DNA of 64,000 nucleotides, taken from NCBI GenBank assembly GCA_023382935.1, contig JAHDXL010000005.1:53717-117716 (forward strand), in the 5' to 3' direction. Below, piece by piece: positions 10,230-19,798 of the stretch; position 1 is the first letter of the stretch; every line of letters starts with the position of its first letter. The notes below the pieces were generated by a model. That model searched no databases and was not told the DNA's origin. It was given only the letters and a program-made list of their open reading frames with translations. A program made the position numbers and the translations under genes. The DNA comes from Phycisphaerales bacterium (GTDB lineage: Bacteria; Planctomycetota; Phycisphaerae; Phycisphaerales; UBA1924).

Positions 10230-12350
10230 ATGCCCGCTGGACTGCGGACTCAGGCAAACCGGACCATCGCCATCAACACACCCCTCGGTGCGGACAAGGT
10301 GGCCATTCAGTCCATCCGCGGGCAGGAGGAACTCGGGCGCCTGTTTCAGTACGAACTCGAACTGCTCAGCGAAGACGACACGCTCGTCTTCGAGGAACTG
10401 CTCGGGCAGAACGTCACCGTCCGTGTCGGCATTGGCTCGGGACCGGACGTGCGCTACATCAACGGATACATCAGCCGAATCTCTCAGCATGAGTATCGTG
10501 CCGGGCTGGCGGTCTATCGTGCCACGCTTGTTCCGTGGCTGTGGTTCCTCACCCGCCAGTCCGACTGTCGCATCTACCAGGAGATGACCTTCCCGGACAT
10601 CGTCAAGTCGGTGTGCAAGGAACTTGGTTTCACCGACATCAAGGATCAACTCGCGAGCACCTACCAGTCTCGAGACTTCTGCGTGCAGTACCGCGAGACC
10701 ACGTTCAATTTCGTCTCGCGTCTGATGGAGCAGGAGGGCATCTACTACTACTTCGCCCACGAGAACGGCAAACACGAACTCGTCCTGTGCGACGCGCCCG
10801 ACGCCCACGCCGCTCTGGCCACCGGGCTTGAAATCCCTTTCTATCCGCCCGACGGAAGCAAACGCAACGAGCAACACATTCGCGGCTGGACCGTGCAGAA
10901 GCAGATCCAGTCGCTCAAGTACGAACTGGCCGATTTCGACTTTGAGAAGCCCAACGCACCGGTCGTGAGCAACTCGCAGCAGCAGCGCGACCACGCGACC
11001 GGCCCGTGGGAGGCCATGTACGACTACCCCGGCGAGTACGTCACCGGGGAGGAGGCTCAGCACTTTTCGACCATCCGGCTCCAGGAGTTGCAGGCCCGAT
11101 ATGAGCAGATCAGCGGACAGGCCGATCATCGTGGCATTGTCGTCGGTGGCCGCTTCAAACTGACGCTGCCCGCCAAGGGCATGCGCCCCGACCAGGAGCG
11201 CGAGTACGTCGTGACGTCGACGAGTCTCCAGGCCTCGCAGGATTTGTTCGGCTCGGGCGGCGACGCGGGTAGCGAAGACCTCTTCTCGATCGCCTTCACG
11301 GTCATTCCCGCGACCGAGCACTTCCGCCCGGCTCGCACCACGCCCAAGCCCCTGATCCAGGGTCCGCAGACCGCCATCGTCGCAGGAAAGGACGGTGAGG
11401 AAATCTGGACCGACGAGTATGGGCGCGTCAAGGTGCAGTTTCACTGGGACCGCTACTCGGCCGGCGATGAGAAGAGTTCCTGCTGGTGCCGCGTGAGCCA
11501 GAACTGGGCGGGCAAGCGCTGGGGCGCCATGTTCATGCCGCGCATCGGGCAGGAGGTCATCGTCGAGTTTCTCGAGGGAGACCCCGATCGCCCAATCATC
11601 ACGGGGCGCGTCTACAACGGGCAGAACATGCCGCCCTACAAGCCCACCGAGATGGGAACCGTGAGCACCATCAAGAGCAACACCTCCAAAGGGGGGGCGG
11701 GCTTCAATGAGATCCGCTTCGAGGACAAGAAGGACGAGGAGCAGGTCTTCATCCACGCCCAGAAGAACATGGATGTCCGCGTGCTCAACGACCGCTTCGA
11801 GACCGTCGTGCACGATCGACACCTCGTCGTCGAGAACGACAAGTTCGAACACGTCAAGCACGACCGGCACCTGGTGGTGGACAACGATCGATTTGAACAC
11901 ATCAAGCGCGACGTGAACATCACGGTGGACGGCAAGCATGCCGAGGCCGTCTCCGGTTCCTATTCGCAGAAGGTCACCGGCGACGTGGCCGAGGTGTACG
12001 AGGCCAACCAGTCCACTGAGATCACCGACGACCTCTACATCAAGGCGAAAAACATCTGCTTCGAGGCCGTGGAGAACATCACCATCAAGGTCGGGAAGAC
12101 CAGCATCGCTCTGGAGACGACCGGGGTGGGGCTTGCAACCAAGGGCGACATCAAGGCCGAGGCGACCAAGAACATTGAACTCAAGGCCACCACCGAGTTC
12201 AAGGCCGAGGGTACCGCCGGCGTCGACGTGAAGGGTGCCAAGGTCGACGTGAAGGCCGACGGGATGGCAACCTTCGAGGGCACCGGTCCCACCACGGTCA
12301 AGAGCGCCGCGATCCTCACCGTGCAGGGCTCGCTGGTCAAGATCAACTGA
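10230..12350 (+). CDS. vgrG: T6SS spike protein VgrG (TssI)
   Basis: 706 aa. Canonical start (AINTPLGADKVAIQSIRGQEELGRLFQYELELLSED), gp27/gp5 core (RVSQNWAGKRWGAMFMPRIGQEVIVEFLEGDPDRPIITGRVYN) and C-terminal beta-helix repeats. AGGAG RBS before ATG 10230. No C-terminal effector extension. Confidence 0.95.
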   Translation: MPAGLRTQANRTIAINTPLGADKVAIQSIRGQEELGRLFQYELELLSEDDTLVFEELLGQNVTVRVGIGSGPDVRYINGYISRISQHEYRAGLAVYRATLVPWLWFLTRQSDCRIYQEMTFPDIVKSVCKELGFTDIKDQLASTYQSRDFCVQYRETTFNFVSRLMEQEGIYYYFAHENGKHELVLCDAPDAHAALATGLEIPFYPPDGSKRNEQHIRGWTVQKQIQSLKYELADFDFEKPNAPVVSNSQQQRDHATGPWEAMYDYPGEYVTGEEAQHFSTIRLQELQARYEQISGQADHRGIVVGGRFKLTLPAKGMRPDQEREYVVTSTSLQASQDLFGSGGDAGSEDLFSIAFTVIPATEHFRPARTTPKPLIQGPQTAIVAGKDGEEIWTDEYGRVKVQFHWDRYSAGDEKSSCWCRVSQNWAGKRWGAMFMPRIGQEVIVEFLEGDPDRPIITGRVYNGQNMPPYKPTEMGTVSTIKSNTSKGGAGFNEIRFEDKKDEEQVFIHAQKNMDVRVLNDRFETVVHDRHLVVENDKFEHVKHDRHLVVDNDRFEHIKRDVNITVDGKHAEAVSGSYSQKVTGDVAEVYEANQSTEITDDLYIKAKNICFEAVENITIKVGKTSIALETTGVGLATKGDIKAEATKNIELKATTEFKAEGTAGVDVKGAKVDVKADGMATFEGTGPTTVKSAAILTVQGSLVKIN

Positions 12351-12359
12351 GGTGTCTGC

Positions 12360-12794
12360 ATGAACCCCAAAGACGGAAAATCCTGTTCGCTTGTCGAACC
12401 GGGTGAAGCGACGGAAGCGACCGACGCCGACACCGCCGACCCCGGAAAGGTCTCGCAGATCAAGGCCCGCGAGCGCGAGAACAAGGAAGGAAAATACGGC
12501 AAGGAGACTGTCGAGCCCTTCACGCCGGCCAACGAGCCCTACGACCCCGTCGAGACCAGTTGGATCGAGATCGAACTGGTTGACGAGTCCGACAAGCCGG
12601 TCGCCGGCGCGCAATACGAGGTCACGCTGTCCGACGGGCGCGTGGCATCGGGCATGCTCAACGGCGAAGGCTGGGCACGGCTCGAGGGCATCCCGCCGGG
12701 CACCTGCAGGATCTGCTTCCCGAAACTCGACGCCGAGGCGTGGGAGTTCATCGAGTCGGTTGACGAGAAGTATCCCGCCATTCAGGTTTCCTAG
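12360..12794 (+). CDS. Hypothetical protein: acidic disordered N-terminus plus carboxypeptidase-regulatory/transthyretin-like beta-sandwich
   Basis: Starts 9 nt after the vgrG stop. GC3-rich. C-terminal segment WIEIELVDESDKPVAGAQYEVTLSDGRVASGMLNGEGWARLEGIPPGTCRICF fits the CarboxypepD_reg-like pattern and is paralogous to a segment of the next ORF. Confidence 0.6.
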   Translation: MNPKDGKSCSLVEPGEATEATDADTADPGKVSQIKARERENKEGKYGKETVEPFTPANEPYDPVETSWIEIELVDESDKPVAGAQYEVTLSDGRVASGMLNGEGWARLEGIPPGTCRICFPKLDAEAWEFIESVDEKYPAIQVS

Positions 12795-12818
12795 GTCTGC
12801 ACACAGGACGATCCGAAA

Positions 12819-13433
12819 ATGCCCATCGATCACGTGGTCAGACATGGCGAATGCCTCCTGTCGATCAGCGACAGGTACGGCTTCTTCCCCGAGACGCTCT
12901 GGAACCACGCCGACAACCGCCAACTCAAGCAGCAGCGTGAGGATCCCAACGTCCTCCAGGCCGGCGATGTCGTTCATATTCCCGATCTGAACCGCAAGGA
13001 AGAAAGCAAACCTGACAAGCAGCGTCATCGCTTTCGCCGCAAGGGCGTGCCCGGCAAACTCAGGATCCGCCTTCTGGACAACGGCCAGCCGCGCGCCCAT
13101 GTGCCCTATCGCCTCGTCATCGACGGCCACATCATCGAGGCCCAGACCGACGGCGACGGCTTTGTCGAGCAGGATCTGCCCGCCAGCGCCAGCCAGGGTG
13201 AACTGATCGTTGACCGCGACGACGGCGGCACCGATCACTACCACTTCAACTTCGGCACGGTCGATCCGATCGACACCGAGGCCGGGCAGCGCCATCGCCT
13301 GCACGACCTGGGCTACGACACCACCGAGCACCCGGAAGCCATCCGCGCCTTCCAGCGCGATCACGATCTTGAGCCCAGCGGCCAGGCGGATGATCAGACC
13401 CTGTCCAAACTGCAGGAGATCTTCGGGCAATGA
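12819..13433 (+). CDS. LysM + beta-sandwich + PG_binding_1-like domain protein, no signal peptide
   Basis: N-terminal LysM-like segment (HVVRHGECLLSISDRYGF...LQAGDVVHIPD). Middle segment KLRIRLLDNGQPRAHVPYRLVIDGHIIEAQTDGDGFVEQDLP. C-terminal LGYDTTEHPEAIRAFQRDHDLEPSGQADDQTLSKL resembles a peptidoglycan-binding helical repeat. Confidence 0.75.
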   Translation: MPIDHVVRHGECLLSISDRYGFFPETLWNHADNRQLKQQREDPNVLQAGDVVHIPDLNRKEESKPDKQRHRFRRKGVPGKLRIRLLDNGQPRAHVPYRLVIDGHIIEAQTDGDGFVEQDLPASASQGELIVDRDDGGTDHYHFNFGTVDPIDTEAGQRHRLHDLGYDTTEHPEAIRAFQRDHDLEPSGQADDQTLSKLQEIFGQ

Positions 13434-13954
13434 GCGGAGTTGTCTCTTTCATCTCGCGACTCGTACAGTCCGCCACGGCGCACAACACGATCAATCTGCC
13501 GACGGTGCCGGTGACGTTCCAGCGATCGCCGGGCGTTCCGACGGCCAATGAGCGCGGCATCTCCGACATGGACTTCCGTGTCACCTCCCTGGGGTTTGTG
13601 CTTCAGACCGGTCGCACGCCGGCCAACGGCCGCATCGATGTCCGACTCGTCGGCGGGCGTGCCACGCTCCAGTTGCTGCACAACGGCAACCCCGTGGCCG
13701 AGTACGACATTCGTGTGCACACCGCCGCAGTCGAGCCCGACTCCACCATCAACGGCATCCAGCGTCGCCTGCGCATGCTCGGGTACCAACTCGGGCACGA
13801 GGGCGCCGGGAAGGACGGCATCACCAACACCATCACCAAACTCACCGATCGCGCCATCCAGGACTTTCAGATCGACCAGAAGGTCGCCTTCGATGGCAAG
13901 GTCGACGCGGGCACCACGACGAAGATCAACGACGCCGTGGCCGCGCTGCCCTGA
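13430..13954 (+). CDS. Hypothetical protein with C-terminal PG_binding_1-like domain, no signal peptide
   Basis: ATGA overlap with the previous ORF. C-terminus INGIQRRLRMLGYQLGHEGAGKDGITNTITKLTDRAIQDFQIDQKVAFDGKVDAGTTTKI fits the PG_binding_1 pattern. Confidence 0.65.
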   Translation: MSGVVSFISRLVQSATAHNTINLPTVPVTFQRSPGVPTANERGISDMDFRVTSLGFVLQTGRTPANGRIDVRLVGGRATLQLLHNGNPVAEYDIRVHTAAVEPDSTINGIQRRLRMLGYQLGHEGAGKDGITNTITKLTDRAIQDFQIDQKVAFDGKVDAGTTTKINDAVAALP

Positions 13955-13981
13955 TCGACGACACTGCGGAAAGACTCTCCC

Positions 13982-15154
13982 ATGATCCGGATCAACGTCG
14001 CACAGAACAAGCAGGTCATCGTGCCTCTGCGTTTCCGCCGCGCCAGCGATGCCGACGCCGAACGCGAGTTTCCGGAGATCGACGATCGCGGCTACGAAAT
14101 GGGCACCCGCGCGGGCACCTGGGGGCAGTCCACCGCCCGCGGGCCCATGGTCGGGCTGACCACCGGCTTCACCGTCACGCTGCGCGTCGTGCGCGAGGAC
14201 ATCGACGCCAATGCCCCCCTGTTCGCCAGGAGCACCGATACGGCCGTGGTCAAGATCATCGAACCGGCCAACGGCGGACCCATCCCGGCTTCGGGCGACT
14301 TCAAGATCAAGGGCGTCGCCGACTTTGCCAATCGTCCCGTTTCGGTGCAACTGCGGCTGGGCGGCATTGATGGGCCGGTGCTCGGCGAGATCGAGCCTCA
14401 CATCTTCACGCCCCGGAAGATCAAACTGGTCGTGCACAACATGCGCATCGACGACGCCACGGGTCAGGGTACCCGCGCCGCTCTCCCGATCGAAGACATG
14501 GCCGCCCGCGTCCGCGCCATCTGGTGGCCCGCGGGCCTCGACATGGATTACGACCCCGTCGCCCGCCCCGACAAGAACAACGACAGCACGCTCGCCAAGA
14601 AGGACGAGGTCAAACTCTTCGGCGGCGGCTTCGGCGAGGTGCCCGGGCTGCTCCGCCAGCACAGCGTGCTCGACGACAAGATCCACCTGTTCGTCATCAA
14701 CGCCTTCACGCCCAATCCGGCCACGCCCGACCTGACCACCGTTGGGCTGGGCGTCACGCCTGATCTTGCCACGCAACTCAACTGCCCCCCGGGCATCTTC
14801 GTCACCGCGAAGGACGTCGTGGGCGACCAGGCGGAAATTGAACTCCGCTCGCGCACCATCGCACACGAGATCGGGCACTTCCTCACGCTTGAGCACGTGC
14901 ACCGCAAGAACGCGACCGAGGCGGCCGGCGACACCTACTCGCGCCGCCATCTCATGTATCCGCTCTCGAACATCGTCGAGGAGGTCACGCCCCGCACGCT
15001 CACCAGCGAGCATCGCTTCAACGACAACGGGTATGGCGAGCAGGTGCGGGGCTGGATGCTCACGCTCAAGAACCTCGATCATCACGACACCGACGATGAA
15101 GTCGCCAAGGCGCGCAAGCGTGCCCAGGCCGTGCAGGGAGGCAAGTGGAGTTGA
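13982..15154 (+). CDS. Metzincin (matrixin-like) zinc metalloprotease, no signal peptide; candidate T6SS effector
   Basis: HEIGHFLTLEH (HExxHxxxxxH, three His ligands) followed about 20 aa later by a Met-turn HLMYP (compare ALMYP of MMPs). About 280 aa of N-terminal Ig-like and catalytic-domain sequence. Same operon as vgrG. Confidence 0.75.
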   Translation: MIRINVAQNKQVIVPLRFRRASDADAEREFPEIDDRGYEMGTRAGTWGQSTARGPMVGLTTGFTVTLRVVREDIDANAPLFARSTDTAVVKIIEPANGGPIPASGDFKIKGVADFANRPVSVQLRLGGIDGPVLGEIEPHIFTPRKIKLVVHNMRIDDATGQGTRAALPIEDMAARVRAIWWPAGLDMDYDPVARPDKNNDSTLAKKDEVKLFGGGFGEVPGLLRQHSVLDDKIHLFVINAFTPNPATPDLTTVGLGVTPDLATQLNCPPGIFVTAKDVVGDQAEIELRSRTIAHEIGHFLTLEHVHRKNATEAAGDTYSRRHLMYPLSNIVEEVTPRTLTSEHRFNDNGYGEQVRGWMLTLKNLDHHDTDDEVAKARKRAQAVQGGKWS

Positions 15155-15226
15155 CGCGACCGTTGGCCTCCGGCGGAAGGCCCCGGCCATCTGCGAGTTG
15201 TCCGACCCGCCCTTGCGGAGATACCG

Positions 15227-16003
15227 ATGGACACCAGGGAACTCACCACGCTCATCCGCGCCGGGCACGACGATCGCGCCATCGACGTCGCCCGCGCCTC
15301 CGGCCCGCCCGCCTTCAACCAGGTTGAGGCGCTGCTGGCCGACCCATCGCCGCAGGTTCGTGCCATCACGTTGCGCGTCCTCGACGCGGCCGATCCGCGG
15401 CGGGCTCATCCCTTGGCCCTCAAGGCCCTCTCCGACCCGAGCGATGAAGTCCGGACGTTCGCCGTCGCGGTGCTCCGCCCCAATCCCCCCTCCGGCCACG
15501 CCTCCGAGTTGCTCGCCGCCTACAACACCTCCCATGACCCCGCACTGAGGGCCGAGATCGCGCTGCTGGCCGGGCGCGTCCAGCCACCCGAAGCGATCGA
15601 CACCTGGCGCGCCGTCTGGGCCCGCGAGGACGACCGCTACGCCAAGGCCGACGTGTGCAAGGCCCTGGCGCGCATGGGCGACCAGCCCGCCCGCGACGCC
15701 TACGTCGCCGACATGAAGCGACAGCGCGGCCGCCCCGTCTTCGATCTCATCCGCGGCACGGCCTACTTCCAGAACACCTGGGTGGTCCCCGCGCTGGCCC
15801 AGATGCTCGATCGCAAGGACGTGGCCCTGCACCTGGCCCCGGACTTCCCGGACACGCACCCCTTCCGCGTCTGCGACGTGGCGCTGGAGGCCATCCTCAC
15901 ACTCACCGGGGAGAAGGTCGAGTTCCAGGTGCCGCGCCCGACCCAGTACGCCGAGTCCGAGATCGCCACGGTCCGGGGCATCGCGCGCAGGTACGGGCCC
16001 TGA
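15227..16003 (+). CDS. HEAT-repeat protein; candidate cognate immunity/partner of the preceding protease
   Basis: Repeated HEAT/PBS-lyase-like units ([42 protein letters not shown]). GCGGAG RBS. Last gene before the C-tract. Confidence 0.75.
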   Translation: MDTRELTTLIRAGHDDRAIDVARASGPPAFNQVEALLADPSPQVRAITLRVLDAADPRRAHPLALKALSDPSDEVRTFAVAVLRPNPPSGHASELLAAYNTSHDPALRAEIALLAGRVQPPEAIDTWRAVWAREDDRYAKADVCKALARMGDQPARDAYVADMKRQRGRPVFDLIRGTAYFQNTWVVPALAQMLDRKDVALHLAPDFPDTHPFRVCDVALEAILTLTGEKVEFQVPRPTQYAESEIATVRGIARRYGP

Positions 16004-16104
16004 CCCCCGGCCCCCGGACCCCCGGCCCCCCGGCCCCCCGGCCCCCCGGACCCCCGGCCCCCCGGACCCCGGCCCCCCGGACCCCGGACCCCCCCCGGAC
16101 CCCC
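16004..16104. repeat. C-tract microsatellite: 13 runs of C4-C8 separated by GG or GGA
   Basis: Read directly. Starts on the first base after the TGA of the HEAT-repeat gene. The complementary strand carries 13 G-tracts. Confidence 0.9.
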
Positions 16105-16205
16105 GTAATTCCGGCTTGTCCCCGTCGGCCTGCACGCCTCGGCCGGACTCCGCTTTTTTTGGATGCACGCGCGCGCCGTGCCGCCCGTTCGGCCGCCCCA
16201 GCGCC

Positions 16206-16390
16206 CGTGCACGCCCTCCGGACAGCCGTGCCCGCCCGCCGTGCACGGTTTCACACCCTCTGGCAACCCGTGCACGCCCGCCGTGCACGGTTTCACACCC
16301 TCTGGCAACCCGTGCACGCCCGCCGTGCACGGCTTTCCGCCCGCCGGCAACCCGTGCACGCCCGCCGTGCACGGCTTTCCGCCCGCCGGG
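16206..16390. repeat. Tandem 42-bp repeat array carrying eight copies of the palindrome CGTGCACG
   Basis: Identical units at 16240-16281 and 16282-16323, a variant unit at 16324-16365 and a truncated fourth. Palindrome copies start at 16206, 16240, 16269, 16282, 16311, 16324, 16353 and 16366. Intergenic, upstream of glnN. Confidence 0.85.
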
Positions 16391-16706
16391 CAAGGGGGAT
16401 GGCGCCCGCCCGCGTCCGCCGCGACGGCGGCGATGGATCGGGTCGGGGCGCCATCCGTCGTCCACCTGTTCAAGCGTCCCTGAAACACTCGGCCTCGGTG
16501 CTCGCGCACGCCGGCACGCCATATTTTGTGCCTCCCGTCTCCGGCCGCACTTGCCGAGGGCTCCGGGACTGCAAGAATCCATCCCGTTCGGGAACGTGCA
16601 AAATGGGCATGGATCGGAGAGAAGCGCTCTCCGTCTGCAATCACCCCACGTTTGGGTGCCATGTTTCGGTGTTTTTGGACCTCGCACGCTGAAAGGGAAT
16701 CGATCG

Positions 16707-18917
<2,211 letters not shown>

Positions 18918-18953
18918 GTTGTTCCACCGCTTCCGGCTCAGTGAAATCGCCCA

Positions 18954-18984
18954 CCGCTCCGAATCAGGAGCGGTTTTCTTGTTT
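18954..18984 (+). terminator. Intrinsic terminator after glnN
   Basis: CCGCTCC (18954-18960) pairs with GGAGCGG (18967-18973), with a 6-nt loop. Followed by TTTTCTTGTTT. Confidence 0.7.
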
Positions 18985-19064
18985 CCTTTGGCCAGTCGGC
19001 GTCACTTCTTACGTTTGAATCCGTAGGAAGGAAGGAAACCAACCTTCGCGCTGGCGTGGGCGTG

Positions 19065-19766
19065 ATGGAAGGCAACCCGCGATTGTTTGGGGCCGCTCTC
19101 GTGGCTGAGTTTGGTCCAATCGGAGTTCTTCGGGTCATTTGTCTTGATCCACACGAACTCATGCTGGCTGGTCTGGCCACGCGCCTGGGGCAGGAGGCCG
19201 ACATGGAGGTGGCCGGCCTGATAAAGGACGTTGGGAAGGTCGTGGGCGTCGTCGCTCGTGAGCGTCCGGCGGTTCTGGTCACGGAGATCGACATGGAGGG
19301 CGCGGACATCTTCGGGCTGATCGCCCGCCTCGCGCGCTACCACCCCGACACGCGCAGCGTCGTTCACACGGCTCATGCGCGACCGGCGTGCGCCCAGGCC
19401 GCGCTGGCGGCAGGCGCCATCGGCTTCTTCTCCAAGAGTGACCCGGCCGACGAACTGGTCGAGGGTGTGCGAGCCGCGCCGGCCGCCAGGTCGTGCCTGC
19501 TCGGTTCGTCGGTTCGCGCCAGCGTTGCCGGATCAGACACAACCAGGAACGGGGTGGCCGCTCCGCTGTCGCTGCTCACGAGCCGGGAGGTCGAGGTGCT
19601 GTGCCTGATCGGGCGGGGCATGTCGCGGACGGAGATTGCCAATTCCATCCGGCGCAGCCCCAAGACGGTGGACGCCCACCGCTCGTCGATCATGTCCAAA
19701 CTGGGCTTCAAGGACCGTGTGCAACTGGCGCGCTTCGCGATCCGCGAAGGCATCGTCAGCGTGTGA
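19065..19766 (+). CDS. LuxR/NarL-family response regulator with a non-canonical receiver domain
   Basis: C-terminal LuxR HTH (LTSREVEVLCLIGRGMSRTEIANSIRRSPKTVDAHRSSIMSKLG). The N-terminal receiver-like domain has Glu at the phospho-acceptor position. Start uncertain (GTG 19056, ATG 19065, GTG 19101). Confidence 0.8.
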   Translation: MEGNPRLFGAALVAEFGPIGVLRVICLDPHELMLAGLATRLGQEADMEVAGLIKDVGKVVGVVARERPAVLVTEIDMEGADIFGLIARLARYHPDTRSVVHTAHARPACAQAALAAGAIGFFSKSDPADELVEGVRAAPAARSCLLGSSVRASVAGSDTTRNGVAAPLSLLTSREVEVLCLIGRGMSRTEIANSIRRSPKTVDAHRSSIMSKLGFKDRVQLARFAIREGIVSV

Positions 19767-19798
19767 GGCGAGCGCGGCCACCAAGGCCGACGGCAGAA

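Noticed and set aside
10230-16003. Searched the vgrG region for a PAAR-domain gene, DUF4123/DUF1795/DUF2169 adaptors, Rhs repeats or a small secreted immunity ORF.
   Set aside because: No ORF on either strand shows PAAR-type or Rhs YD-repeat motifs, or a signal-peptide-bearing small protein. Their absence is reported as part of the finding rather than as a feature.
16206-16390. Considered whether the 42-bp repeat array is a CRISPR array.
   Set aside because: The units are directly abutting tandem copies with no unique spacers. Only about 3.6 units are present, and no cas genes lie nearby.
15655-16692. Pro-rich ORFs running through the C-tract and the 42-bp repeats (15655-16692 +, 16163-16483 +), and the N-terminal extension of the glnN ORF back to 16116.
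   Set aside because: The apparent peptide repeats (PGPPAPR..., PCTPAVHGF...) are just translations of the DNA repeats. glnN has a well-placed RBS and ATG at 16707, and its homology starts there.
16391-16706. Looked for a sigma-54 promoter (GG-N10-GC), an NtcA box (GTA-N8-TAC) or a glutamine riboswitch in the glnN leader.
   Set aside because: Candidates such as CGGCACGCCATATTTTGTG and GGGAACGTGCAAAATGG do not keep the GG-N10-GC spacing. No GTA-N8-TAC was found. The glnA-RNA conserved core is not recognisable. Only a small hairpin (16615-16633) was seen.
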